NCBI GenBank assembly: GCA_030141605.1
Contig: JAQGDQ010000188.1
Span: 124,001-188,000 of the forward strand
Origin: Tubiluchus corallicola
Taxonomy: Eukaryota; Animalia; Priapulida
Reading direction: 5' to 3'
Length of the DNA stretch: 64,000 nt
Positions 43,290 through 57,300 of the stretch are shown in pieces. Position numbers and translations under genes: made by a program. The notes under the pieces are model-generated. The model had not been told where the DNA came from, did not search any database, and worked only from the letters and a program-made list of their open reading frames with translations. Numbering within the stretch: position 1 is the first letter of the stretch; the number at the start of each line of letters is the position of its first letter.

Positions 43290-45547
43290 ATTAAGCATCA
43301 AAAATGTAACATAATTTCCTCGGTTTCATTAGGTATAATCACTAGAATGATGGTTATTATCACAAGAATGAGGCTATTTTCTTATGTAAAAGTCTACGAT
43401 AAACCATTCACGTCTGAAAATGCAAATATCTGCATGCATTTGAAAGGCTACTGGCATAATAAGGCATTTTTGGTTATCGTAGATATATCGCCACTGCTAG
43501 CTCTGCTGACAGGGACAGCCACATACAGCAGAACATGCCTATTAAGTAACTCCTTTGGTGCCACCTCCAAGTTAATTATTTCTGCGTCGACTGACTGTCT
43601 GAAGAAAAATGATGGCTGCTAGAAATTTCCAGGATGCAAAAAGTTTTGTTATTATCTTTCAACAATTGGTTCAACACTTTTTCAGCGCATAGAGCTAATG
43701 TAGCACAATGTAGGGGACACATTCTGATAATCCCCCTTCTGAAGGGATCATCCACTTAAATGGAATCGTTTGTCTATCACATGATCAACGGAGGACACTT
43801 GCACTTTATTTTAACCTTTGGCTTTTAAAGCAGGACTAGCTTATTATGGGGACGGTGCCATCACTCAGCACATTTGTAATATTAGTGAAATTACTGGCCT
43901 ATTTCCACGACTAGGTAGTAGCACTGTAAGTTCTTTGACTGCTGAACTTGCAACGTATGATTTTATCGGAGCTGTGGTTCTTTTATGTTTTTGTCACAAT
44001 TTTTGTATTTGTACTGATACCCCGAAATTAAACGGTGTATGATAATTAAATATGTAATTCCAGACCCACCGCTGATCAGCCGTCAAAAAGCCTGATCCTT
44101 TTAGCGCAACGTTAGACTGAGTTTCTAATCATCTCAAAAATTAGTTACCTTTCCAGTTTCTGTTTTACCCTTGGCTCTCCCGAACGTTGTATGCTCGATC
44201 GTGTGCCCCCAGAGTATTCGTAGAAAATCAGTGAATTCAGTACATCATTCAAAGATGTATCATCTTGCCAAGTTTGCGGTCGGGAGCTAGAAAATTGTGG
44301 TGCTGACAAGCCACTGGTGTAGCAGTACCGGTGTTTAGTTTTTTTTGCTGGATTACTGCTACGTTTACCTGTCTGAAGGCAGATTTCTGTTATTTTAGAA
44401 TTCTGCCTGCCCAATGTCTACAATAGATGATGATAGAAAATTGAAATACGATCAATCTCAGTTTTAGGTAATGTAATCACTTGTCGTACTTTCAATCCCA
44501 GCCATTCCCTGACTTTGTGTTTACGACTGCTTACGGCATTGGACAAACAATCAAACAGTAGAATGTTGAAAAGTAATCGATTCAATTGTTGACTCTTCCT
44601 CATTTCATAGGGGCCTTCTATGCCCTGCCTGATAGTAGCAAGACCCTTAAAAGTTACCTGGGAACGTGCATGAAAGGGAGAGGACTTTGCGGTTTCAGGA
44701 ATCCTAATTTATTAGCAATGGAGATTGTGAATGAATGTGGCTCAATAAGCGAACAGGTCCGAATGAAATTAAGGTCTGTATAATTAGGGTCTTGTTCGGA
44801 TATCACATTATCAGCAAATACTTTCACCAAAAATATGGTTTTATACTATTTGCTCCAAAAATAACAAGGAATAGGGTGTCTTACTTTGCCATAGCTCTAG
44901 ACACTGTCCATGTCATACCTGTTTAGGTGGTTGGTCATTCAAGTTTTTTAAAGAGCACCAAACGTTATTGCCAAACCACATTTTGCGGGACTATTGACAA
45001 AAAGGTCACATACATGCTTCAACAACACAAAAGGAGCAGTTTTCACAATAAAAAATTTTCTCATAAACACTGAAAACAAGAGTTCACAATACTGTAGTAG
45101 TAGTGTGACATGCAGTAGACTCTTGCAGCATCTATGCTTTAATGAACGAGTGTTAAAAAACCATAACAAAAATGCTTTGCGTCGATGTTCAGCAGCCATC
45201 AGTTTTCTTCAGACAGTCTGTCAGTTACTTAGCGATTAGTCTTTTTCGAATGCTACATAGCGATAATCATGTCATTGCAGAATTAAACCAAAAGAACTAT
45301 TTAATGAGCATGTTTTGCTGTATATGGCTGTCCCCGACAGCAGAACCAGCAGTGGCGATATATCTGCGATAACCACAGAATGCCTTATTATGCCAGTAGC
45401 CTTTCTAAATGCATGCAATTATTTACACTCTCAGATGTGAATGATCTAACTTTGACTCTCTTAATTAGTGAAATTAACTAAATAGCTTCATTCTAGTGAT
45501 TATACCTAACGAAATTAGGGTAATTACGTTACATTTCTGGTTTATTA
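43290..45547. mobile_element. Degraded DNA transposon with long (~320-400 bp) terminal inverted repeats
   Basis: About 43299-43620 is the reverse complement of about 45191-45540 at roughly 80% identity by eye (e.g. AAAGGCTACTGGCATAATAAGGCATT vs AATGCCTTATTATGCCAGTAGCCTTT). No intact internal ORF and no clear TSD. Confidence 0.75.
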
Positions 45548-46116
45548 TCCTTTTTTAATAATTACTGACTAACATGTGGCACCTGTTGAAGTGGACCGTC
45601 ATGAATGCTGCAGACAGAAAAATTTTTACTGCTGCAATCTGCCAGTCATGTTGGCAGAAATAAAAATCTTAAACAGCAAAAACTGCTCTTGAAGTGTAGC
45701 AAAATGAATATGAATTGTGATCTATTAGATATAGAAATAGATTTTTATTATGAATATGTAATTTTGTGTTCATTATCAAATTTACTACCAAATATGTAAA
45801 ATTTGTATTGGTTAGCAACTATTTCAGTTGATAAAAATGGTGTTATTCTCAGTACTGTAAGGGAATTTTGTCAGATTAGCTTGTGTAGGTAAGCATTGAA
45901 TAAGTAGAAATATCAGCATCAAAATGAGAATTGGAAAAAATTCTTCTTACTTTTCTGGATTTCAGTTTCTGGGTTTTATTACCCCAGTTAGCACTATAAA
46001 TCGATGCAAATGGATTAGCTAGAATGTAATTGAGATTTGTTCCATAACATTTTGGACAAATGAGAGAAAAGTAATATATGTGTGTGCGTGCGTGTGTGTG
46101 TGTGTGTGTGTGTCTG

Positions 46117-46627
46117 TGTGCTTGCAAAGCAAAATCGTCCGTAAGTCGGCAGTTAAGCTTTTCTAGTTATTCACATATCCTGAATCTCTATTTCATGAGG
46201 ATCATTTTGATACCAAGCTCATTACTCTATGTTGTTTCTAAGCTGAGATAATCCAGTTTCAAGCTGAGTTGCACGCTACTCACTTCCTGACGAAGATCTG
46301 GGCTTGGCAACAGAAAAAACAGGAAGCAAAATGACTGCTTCCATGAGTTACCATCGGAGTTTGAAAATACAAGTTTTTTTACAATTACATTATTAGTTTC
46401 TAGCCAGAAATGTGGATACGGGGTGTAAAATTAGATTTTTAGTACTTTTTTAACATTTTCTTGATAATTTGATGCTAGAATATAAAAGTCCAATATATTT
46501 AGCCTTTGTTTTCATAAAAAAAAATCTTGGTGCTTTCTACTTTGAAGCATCATAACGTAGCTTTAACTATGCCTACTTATGGACAGTTTTGGTTGCAAGC
46601 ACACATTTGACAACATTTGACATTTAC
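46117..46627 (+). repeat. Interspersed repeat copy 1 (~510 bp), followed by a diverged partial subunit at ~46790-47020
   Basis: Direct repeat of 50661-51169 (TAAGTCGGCA.TTAAGCTTTTCTAGTTATTCACATATCCTGAATCTC...GACAACATTTGAC.TTTAC). The subunit CTTCCTGACGAAGATCTGG...CAACAGAAAAAAC recurs at ~46791. Confidence 0.85.
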
Positions 46628-47259
46628 AAGTTGAGATGCACTGAAAAACCTAATCTCAAGAAAAACGCTGTTAAAGTCAGCCATTGTTTTTATTGTGTCA
46701 TTACAAAACACTTAGCAACCGTACGAAAGTGTGGTTGCTTTGGATTCTACAAGAGCAACTTGAAATCACATTTAAATCCAGTAGATGGTTCTTCCTGACG
46801 AAGATCTGGTCTTGTCAACAGAAAAAACCCGAAGCAAAATGGCCGCTACAACGAGCTACAATCGGAGTTAGAAAATACAAGTTTTTTTTAGCTACAATTG
46901 CAGTACTTGTTTCTAAACAGAACAGTTGGTAACGAGTTATAAAATTATATTTTTAGTACTTTTGGACATTTCCTGATAACTTGATGCTAGAATGTAAAAG
47001 TCCAATGTATTTAGCATTTAAGAACAATATATTTAGTCTAAACTTGCTTATGAGATGTTAAGGACTGCAAGCTGTAATGACGTAAGATCAAGCATGTTGA
47101 AGCTTGCTAAAAATCTAGCTAGTGGAAACAGGGATTATTTAGTTATGATTGGGACTTGTTTATTACAACATGTATGACTTGGACATGTAACTCAATCAAA
47201 TGCTCAAGTAACAACAAATTAAAGTAGTCTACGTTTTCATTTTTACAGATTTTAGCAAA

Positions 47260-48042
47260 ATGAAGCGACTGTACCCAAGTGCAATTAACCGATACATCAG
47301 ATGGTCTTACGGATACAATATCAGATTTCTCTCTTACAGCACTTCATCTGCTAGCCCACCTTTGTATGAGCATCACATAGTTACAACACCTTTGCAAAAA
47401 ATGTTGTTAACTGCTGGGTCAGGTATCATGTCACTGTTTGCTCCTTGGAGAGGTGATATGATTGCAACATTTGGAGAAACAAGTGGAGAGTTTGCTTTGA
47501 AAAAGATGCACAATCGTATGATGGAGGATGCAACAGGAAGACAAATCATTTCCGAGCAACCAAGAATCAGTACTAAAACATTAGGCTTAGAATATTTATC
47601 TAGTTTACCAGCAGGAACTTTTGGGCATGAGTATTCCACCAACTTTCTAAAAAAGTACAAATTAAGTCCTGATGATAGGCCACCAGTGCAGTTTATCGAT
47701 GATATACAGTTATGGTACATAATGACAAGGTATCGAGAAGTTCATGATCTCATGCATACTGTTCTTGGCATGCCTATTAATATGCTTGGTGAAGTAACAG
47801 TAAAATGGATAGAAGGCATACAAACTGGGTTGCCAATGTGTGTTTTGGGTGGAATATTTTCTCCTGTACGATTTGGTCCAAAATACAGTAGACTGTACCG
47901 TGATGTGTATCTACCATGGGCTCTTAGAGTGGGACACAATGCAAAATTTTACATGAATGTGTACTTTGAGCAAGAATTTGAAAAACCATTGGAACAGCTG
48001 AGATTTGAATTAGGAATTGAAGAACCACCCAAACACATGTAA
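47260..48042 (+). CDS. COQ4: Ubiquinone biosynthesis protein COQ4, mitochondrial; single coding exon
   Basis: 260-aa ORF with an Arg/Ser-rich N-terminal presequence and the motifs PWRGDMIATFGETSG, LPAGTFGHEY, RYREVHDLMHTVLGMPINMLGEVTVKWIE (HDxxH-x11-E metal motif) and QTGLPMC. Splice-acceptor-like TTTTACAG/TTTTAG just upstream of the ATG implies a 5'UTR intron. Confidence 0.95.
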   Translation: MKRLYPSAINRYIRWSYGYNIRFLSYSTSSASPPLYEHHIVTTPLQKMLLTAGSGIMSLFAPWRGDMIATFGETSGEFALKKMHNRMMEDATGRQIISEQPRISTKTLGLEYLSSLPAGTFGHEYSTNFLKKYKLSPDDRPPVQFIDDIQLWYIMTRYREVHDLMHTVLGMPINMLGEVTVKWIEGIQTGLPMCVLGGIFSPVRFGPKYSRLYRDVYLPWALRVGHNAKFYMNVYFEQEFEKPLEQLRFELGIEEPPKHM

Positions 48043-48383
48043 CATATTTATACTATGATAACTATTTATGTGTATAGTGGCATAGTGTGATAATTATGTG
48101 GTAATATAAAATAACAACAGTGATATAATCTTATAATTTATTATGCACACAGACATCTTAAGCTTTGTAGACTAAAGTTGCAGTTCATAGATCATAGAAT
48201 TACATTAAGAACGTCGACAAAAAAGTTATTTTTTAAATTTTTATATCTTGCTGGCTTCCGACTCTTAGGCAGGCTTCACGTTAGCTTTGCTGTATTTAAC
48301 GTGGAAAGGTAGACCTTTTCCAGTACATGATCATAGTCTTTTTCAATGAGTTTCAACTGCACCACTGATATTATGTTCACAAA

Positions 48384-51300
48384 TCAAGAAAACTCATTTT
48401 CTTGCTTTAATTCAACTTTTGTAGTAGTACCAATAGATGACCTACTGTATGTCACCAGGTTTTCTGTTTTTATAAAAGGATTTTCCGTTGCAGTTGTCAT
48501 GACCTGGTTATTGCTAGTTGTTGTGCTGATCTTATTGGCAGCAGATTCTGTTGAGGTTTGGTTAGCACTTGGTACAGAAACCACCACAATTGTCTGTCCG
48601 CTTGAGGTCGGACTTTGTGCATTGCTAGCGACCACTGGCTGAGATGTTACAACTTTCAATGTCTGTATCTGTAATGAAACAAGTTTGTAAAAAGTTAGTA
48701 AAAGAAATTGTCTTTGCACAAAAGTAATATACTAGGTTTAGTGAGTACAATGAAGATACAGGTTGTATCTGTACAATTGACATCTAACATAATGTCAATC
48801 ATTTTCGTTGACTGCCCAATCAGCATGCAAGTTATTTCCCACACCCCTGCAGCAGGTACGTTCAGAACATTTAGCTACAGTTCGACTAACACAGTTATGA
48901 AAAATGCTCAACTTTTCATTAGTTAGCAGGAGAAATATTAGCCTGGTTCTAGATTTTATTATTGTCAATGGAAATTGCAAGTGAATTGGTGGAAATATAT
49001 AGTCTAGTTTCGTTTATAGGAAGAAATGCACAACGCTTACGTCTATGAGTTGCTGATTAAGCAATTTTGCAATCAAGAAAATACACACAGTTCGTGTAGT
49101 TTATGGCTTTGCAAGAGTTAGATAAAAACAACTATTTGATTAACTTTAAAAAAGGACAAAACAAAATTTTCTTTTCTGGCCAGTTTTTATAAACCTCAAT
49201 GAGATCTTTACAGTCAAAATTAATTCAAATGTGGTCAAAACGTATAATATGCATCAATGTAATATTAGGTAATTATACGCTATTTTTCTGGTTATAATTA
49301 TGGTTAAAAGCTGCCATTGGGACTTATGTAACTCGCGCATTCAATATAAGAGTCGTCTATGGAATGGAACAATAAAATTTATTCCATTTTCGTAGCCTAA
49401 CAAACGGAAAAATACAAAAACTTAATAAATCTTGTAGACGACCACATGATCAATTAATATAGAAAAATACATCGCAGGCTTGATGTTCGTATGTTTAAAG
49501 GCAAGAGAGACTTAATATTTTTCTTGCTCATTTATTGTAAAGCACGGCTAACTGCCTTGCCTTAGTTTCTTTATTATATTTTTATGTCTCTGCATTTTGT
49601 AGTGCTTTGAAACTTTGTCTCTACATTCTGTTTAAATTGAAAAGTCATTTTTTGCCGAATGCTGCTGAGTGTGCTTACGTTGCAGAGGGAGCGGAGCGAT
49701 AGACCAATATGTTTGATGTCAATTAATGCACTGTTTTTTGACAATTAGTTAAGGTTCAATATTATTTGATAATTAATTGATTAATTGTAAATTCCAATAA
49801 GACAAGTTATCCTAAACTAAATTTGCTTTACAATGATTAGCCCAATTTTCACATTCTAGTCATTCTCATTAAAAAGTATCATTTACCACACGATACAAAA
49901 AACTCGAGTGTTTTGGCATTGGGCTATAGTTGAATTGCTAACTCTGAATTGAACTGGATCTAAAAATGTAAGACTGATGTCAGCAAGTGGTAAGTAGATC
50001 TGCATAAATGTAAAACTAACCTGTGGACTAGTATTCGAAGCAGCAATTTGTCTGGCTGGAGAAGCCTGTACGATAACAAACTTTTGTCCAGGCGATGAAC
50101 TACCTACTGACGCTTTCTGTACCATTGTAGGAAATCTATTCTGCAACATTGGTGATCTGACTGCACCTGGGGTCATATACGTAACTCGGCCCTAAAGACA
50201 GCAAAGCAAGTAAATTAACACAAATGAAAACTTATCCAAAGAATATGTCATGTAACTATAGTGTAGCTCCATCTTCAATACTTACGGGAGTTAAAGCTTG
50301 CTGCACTCCAGGCTGTGTAGCACTAGATGGGGGTGCAACACGGAGTTTGACTACGTGTGCATGTAATGTCTGACCCAAGTATCCAAATTCTGTTTTATAC
50401 TCGTCAACATTGTCAGGCGGCTGTCTTGTGCTCTTCAGTGCAGCTCCAACAACTTTCTACAAAATTCAGAAAAAACACCAGAATAAATGAAGTTTATCCA
50501 CTAAGAAATTCCGGTTCAGCAGCTTCTTACGTAATTAGTAACTACAGTATTGGAAAAGTATCCACTATAAATGAGGGGGTATTTTAATAATTTTCTTTGT
50601 TTATAGCCACTCGAGGCATGATCTGCAAAACAGATTTATGCCTTTGACAAATATCATTTATGTGCTTGCATAGCAATATCTTCCATAAGTCGGCAATTAA
50701 GCTTTTCTAGTTATTCACATATCCTGAATCTCCATTTCATGGATTATTTTGATACCAACCTAATCGCTCTATGTTATTTCTAAGCTGAGATAATCCACTT
50801 TGAAGCTGAGGTGCAAGCCACTCACTTCCTGATGAAGATCTGGGCTTGGCAACAGAAAAAACAGGAAGCAAAATGACTGCTTCCATGAGTTAGCATCGGA
50901 GTTTAAAAATTACTAGTTTCTAGCCAGAAATGTGGATACGGGGTTATAAAATTAGATTTTTAGTACTTTTTTAACACTTTCTTCATAATTTGATGCTAGA
51001 ATATAAAAGTTCAATATACTTAGCATTTGTTTTCATAAAAAATAAAAAATGGACATTTGACCAAAATTTTGGTGCTTTCTACTTTGAAGCGTCATAACGT
51101 AGCTTTAACTATGCCTACTTATGGACAGTTTTGGTTGCAAGCACACATTTGACAACATTTGACTTTTACCAATATCTACAATTGGCGAATATAGTAGCTA
51201 AAATTAAAATAGTGTTAGTCTAACTAACACAAAGTTTGCTGGTTCATTACATCCTCAGTGTTATATGTATTATGATCACTATTAACTTTGTCCTAATTTT

Positions 51301-54300
51301 TAACATTTGTTGTAATACAATGTTTGCTGCCTGGTAATAGTGTATGTTGCCTTTCAAAAACGATCTGCCAATTTTTCAATAATTTACCAAGATAATTCGT
51401 TTAACTTGCTCAGAAGCAATTCTGTCCATATTGCTGAGTACTGGACCTTCCACACAGACTCGCAGTCTTTCACCCAAAAACTTTACCCGAGGAAACACAA
51501 ACGTCCGAACAACCTAAAAAATATTTGTTGATAATACAATATTCACCTGACCATTTGACTAAAATGCTGTACCACAGCAGAATGATAAATACGTGATAAA
51601 ACACACATAGTGACCTAGTTTAAATGAATAATTACATTGTCCAGATAGGGATCATTTCATAATTTATAAGATCCATTATTAGCAAGTGCCAAGTGGTTGC
51701 CCCTAATTGATTCTACAACTAAAAATGAATGCTACATCTGTTACAAACATCTTTACAGGTAGATAAATCAGCAAAGTCATCCCACACCAAAGACAACAGC
51801 ACTCTATTTGAACATTCAAGGCTTTACCTACTTGCAATAGACACAAACTGAAAAGAACTGTACAAGGTACACTACTTTTGTTAAATTTTCATAAAAATTC
51901 ACATAAGAACTTATGCTATTCATTTTGTGAGGGTGATCTTAGTTATTGTTTGTTTAGCACATTTGGAAACAAAAAGTTTTATTTGAAAATGGATTTCACC
52001 TTAAGTGGTGACTGTCAGTCATGATATAATTAACATCAATGTTGGAAACGTGGCTCTTTTACTTAATCATAAAACTGCACCAGAGATGCTGTTGTAGCTC
52101 CTAATGATCTCTACTGTATTTAAATGTGCATTAACAGCAAAAAATAATAACAGGTACAAAAACAAAAATCAGCTAAAATATTGTGATAAACCTTGCTTTT
52201 AAAACAACCACTGCATTTAAATGTTTTCAAATGACAGATTCTTTAATTGTAAAAGAAAGCCACTTACACAAAGAAAAGTTGAACGTAAATACCAAGCTAT
52301 TGTGTGCTTAAACATGAAATTACAAGTTTATGTATAAGAAACAAACACAGAATTCGTTTATGATTTCATGTTTTCCTGCCGCAAATGCAGAATCTATGAG
52401 GTATACTTTAATTATACATATACGAGTGCACAATGAATATGACACAAAAAATGATCTCATCTTTTACTTGACAAGTGAATGCCAGTAATTTATTATTATG
52501 CCATTCAATTCATGAATTTTTAAAAAAAAAAAAAAACCACTTACCTCATGCCCCAGTTCACCGAGTCCTGATATTGCCCCATAATATGTTGCTAGTGGAG
52601 ATTTATCATTCTGCAAGCATCTAGTTAACATTCTGGTAACTCGAGTCTGAATGTTGTTGGTATTTGAACTAAAATTCCTAAAGGTTCCAAAGATAATGTG
52701 CACATCACATAGCAAATGTAGAAAACTAAATTTTTATTTTACTCCAAAAACAAAATGCCAAGCAATTTGGAATGGGTGCCAAACAACTTGATGAATGTTA
52801 CTTTTCATTACTCACTAATCTGCACTTACTTGTGTATGAATAAAGGTGTTTTTTTATATCAACAAATTAAAGTAATCGGCTAATTTAAATGCTTATGAAT
52901 TCCTACTTGCAAAGCTGATTCATCAATCTCGCAGCGAAATCTCTCAAGGCCCAGTGATTGTCCACATCAGGTCTCATACACAGTTGCCGACTTACAATAC
53001 ATGTGCACACTGCAGGTACTAATTCATGGAGCTAAAGAAACGAAAATGTAAACAGTAAAAAATACGAGCGTTTTGTTATACTGTACAAAAGCACCACACA
53101 GCAAGTGCACATTGTTTTGGTAAAAATATAGAAAATAACAATTGCTGGCCAATTCTGACAAACATCAAAGTCATGCATAATGAATAGATATTAATAGCAG
53201 TAACTATCACAGTAAGCTATGTAGTGACTTGGCAGTACAAGTAAACAGCAATAGCTTTTTGACATAGTTAAATAACGTATTTCAAGGTAAATAACGAATC
53301 ACGTGCAGACTAATGTGAGCTATTCTGGAGTGATTAAAATTGGGTTCGTCAAGAGATTTATCAATTTTTCACTTTAATTTGCATCTTGAGCAAAAAATAT
53401 TAACGCATAAATTTTATCCCAGGCTCATTAATGATGAGTATTTGTCTTTCAGCAATTATTGTATATCAGTAACAGTGACAAAACTAAATCAATTCTTTGT
53501 CAATTACAAGAAACTTACATATTTCTCAAGATACAAAGTAGAATTGTCCATAATGGATTTTACCATTCTCATAAGATATATCAGTAGTGCTAAATTATTC
53601 TGAACAACATTGACTTTCACCTGAAATAAAAATTATCAACAATTAATTCACTATAAAAAAACTAAATCAATTAATTCTACAACAGCAACAAATGCCAGAA
53701 CAGAAACTTAACAAAACTAGCATGTAAATGACAAAATGAATGTGAAACTAAAAATATCATCATTCAGAAAGAAAATTGTTTTCATCAATTTAAACTACAT
53801 TTAACTAGCGTACAACAGCCTCATAGTATTCCTAGGTTAAAACTTTGTAATTAACAAACCCCTTCACATATGAAAGTACTCAATCTTGGCAGCATCTGGT
53901 ACAAACCAGGATCAGAAGCCAAACTCTGCAAAGCTTCCTGAAAATATGCAGTTTAACAAATAAGTGTTTTCCAAAGGAAAAAAGAAAACAAATAAGAGTA
54001 CAATTGAATACCTTGAAGAAAATGCAAATGTAAATGATTTGAAATTGTGAAAATATGTAAAGCACCAAATCATAACTTAGTTAAGTACTATTTTCACTTA
54101 TGTTACTTAATACCATGATGTACAAGCAACAGTTGTTTGCCGTTACTTACAGCTCTGCGTGATTCGTCGCTACCAACACACGCCTCTGTGATCTCTTTAT
54201 AGTACAACTGCTGCTCAACGGAGAGCTCATTAATTTCCAGATCTTTTAATTTCACCAGTTCTGGTTGTTTAGCAGCAAGGGAATTCTTTTCTTTAATAGG

Positions 54301-57300
54301 TGCCTGATCTTTCAAAGGTTTTACTGAAGCAAGTTTTGCAGCAGGATCAATGCTTTCAAGTTTTTGTTCTGGCTTGCCGGCTAGAAATAGATTGAAAACT
54401 CTCAGAACTCACAGAAATAAGTGAAAATTGAATAGCTAAAGTATCATGTGTTGCAAATTGTATATCGTATCATAAATTTTAATGAAAACATCACATTTTT
54501 GTTCTTGACTTTGTTTGTTTAAATGCAGGTACAAATAATTATTTGGTCAAGGGTAATTAAATTTGCTGTATCATAGCTCATCATATCATACCGGTGTTAG
54601 TATAACATGCACACTGTATACAAACGAGTATAATAATAATAATAATGTATTAATAATTAATATTTGTAATACATACATTTACATGCATATATGGTCCAGA
54701 ATGCAGTACATAAAATCAAGTAATATCATACAACAAAATTACAATAAAAGTATGACCAATTCACGTGTACATTCTGGGAACAGATAATCATAAATTTTAT
54801 GATTGTGAAACTTGAAAGATGAAAAGAAAAAGACACTGATTTTTATTTGCTAACAGTACAATATGAAATGAGTCTATCTAACAGAAACATTAGCAATACC
54901 AAAACATCTTCTATAAATTGCTTAAAAAACAGTCTGGCAAGCTAATATTAACTAACTTTCAAAGCCATTGCTACTAACAAGGCTAAACTCTTACCAGGAG
55001 CAGGATTTTCAGGAATAGCTGGTTGCTGTCCATCCAATGCCAACCAGTGAGCTAAAGTAACAGATAAGGAAAAATCAGATAATCCAATAGACTATACCAT
55101 TAAAAAATTACTAAAACAAACACATTATTTAACAACATATTAAAACAAAAAACTTTCTGCTCAGATCGCATTTACACTCAATGCACGTTTTATTCAAAGC
55201 AAAGCACAAACCTTTCAAGGATACATCTAATGGTAACTTTGGTACTGGGGAAGCTATTACCGCTCCTAGATCCAGTTCAGTTTCTTCAGTATAAAACAGT
55301 TCTCTACCACCACCACTAGCAAAGCGAAAAGGAATGTGTTCTTTTGCTTCAAAACCATAAAGTGGCTACAACAAAAACCAATAAAAGAAAATGTGATTTT
55401 GCATTAATTAATGTAATTGGCTATGATCAGATACACAGCATACCTTAAATATGCAAAAGAATCAAATACCAGAAACTTTTTTTCTCAAAATTAATAATAA
55501 GAGACCTCGCCTATAATCTCAGATTGTTAAATCAATAAACATAGTATAAACACATTATATGTATTAACTTCATCGATTTTTGAGTAGGGATTTAATGGAA
55601 AACTGGAGCTGTTTACTGGAAAATGGAAAACTGGAGCTGTTTTTTAACTTAATTTGTATATATATTTTCTATATACAATGACTAAGCTATGCTTTATATC
55701 TTTATTTTCAAATTTCTTTATGATAAATTCAATTTCTAAATGACAGACTTGTGTACTGCACAGCTTAAAAATAACATGCTGTCTTTTTGACAAAATACAC
55801 ATACTGCACTTAAATTTCAATCATCGATATTTTCATTTACTGTCAGAAATATGCAGCATTTTTGTATAAAATTATGGGAAAACAGAAAAGAAAATTTACA
55901 ATACCAAAACTGAATAATTTGGAAATCTGTGTTTGAAATTTAACAACTTTATTCATTGTACTGTAGGAAATAGCAATAAAGTTCCATGCATTTTCATGCA
56001 GATTGTGCAAACAGTTATTAAACATTATTAAACACATTATCATTACAATATTGCAGTTAAGTTTTGGTGAACAAAAGTCCAACATTTTTCCAATTGGAAA
56101 CCAACATTGCCAAGTGCCCATCCACATTAAATATTTCCATTAAAGGCTTGGCTTTATTTTATGATTTTATAAACACCACAATAGGCCGGAACACATTAGC
56201 GTCATTACTAGTAGAATGTAGACTTTTGCATAAACAAAGAACGTAAATGAAATAAGTACAGACCTCAATGTTTTTCACTTTCAAGGCATGGTCAAAATCA
56301 GATGTAGACAGCCTTTTTCGTTTTCCGTTTCTCATAAATTTCTCTGCTTCCTGTAACCAATGTAGTAGTATCAAATGTCTGCAGGAATACACGTATATTT
56401 TGCTATCTTTTATTTTCATCAAAGTGCATGTTACTGTTACATGAAGATTACAGAAATACGACTAGTTATAATGAGCTTCTGGTTATTATGGGAAAATTGA
56501 AAAGTTCCATCGAATCTTAGGCTTAAATAGTATATTTAAACCTTTCTTACAGCAAACTCCGACATTACAAGTTTCTGCTTATTGCGAGGAATTATACTGC
56601 TTTCTGAGGATACTTCTTCTGCATACGACCAGTTTGACAGTAATATGAATGACTCAGTTGAAGCCACTGCCAAACTTCATCAATTTTTTCAAGTCATTAC
56701 CAGCAACTGATAATGATGTGTTGCCATGCCTTTTAAAACCTGACAGCTGCTTGAAAAAACTGTGGTGCAAGCTAATGTGAAGCAAGCAAAAATAACCAAT
56801 TTTTTTAAAAAATAATAATATAAGCTTTGCATAAAGTGACTTCTCAAAACTTAGTTTTTAGTAAGATACTGTTTTAAATAAATACGGTGATTTTACATTC
56901 TTTAACACACAGACTAGCCAGACTGTAGACTTAGTTATTAGGTGTTGCAGCTCCCATGCTGAATGCTTATAATGATAATTTATACAGTGCTATTATACAC
57001 AGCTATTCAAATAAAGGACACTTTTGAGATAAAATAGTTGCTGAATAAAGGCCAGTCTCCAAATAACTTGTGCTAGTCTCCAAATTAAGTGCTCTTTTCA
57101 CCATTACACCATATTCACCTTGTAACAGGGGTCCCTAAACTTTTTAGACCATTGACCCCTTTGTGGAAGCCTTGTTTTCTCATTGACCCTCAGGCATGTA
57201 CATAAAATAAATATCAATACTAATTAAGTAGATGTGCAGTTTCCATATACATTGGAAATTGCTTACCAAAACCTTGTTTCCATATACATCAATAAGGGAA

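Noticed and set aside
46117-47020. Repeated units that might suggest a CRISPR-like array
   Set aside because: The units are long and diverged with no repeat-spacer periodicity or cas genes, and the context is eukaryotic.
50824-50870. CTGATGA...GAAA resembling a hammerhead ribozyme core (also at 46286 and 46795)
   Set aside because: Stem II cannot close (A opposite A) and no stem III or cleavage triplet is present; it is only a short hairpin within the repeat.
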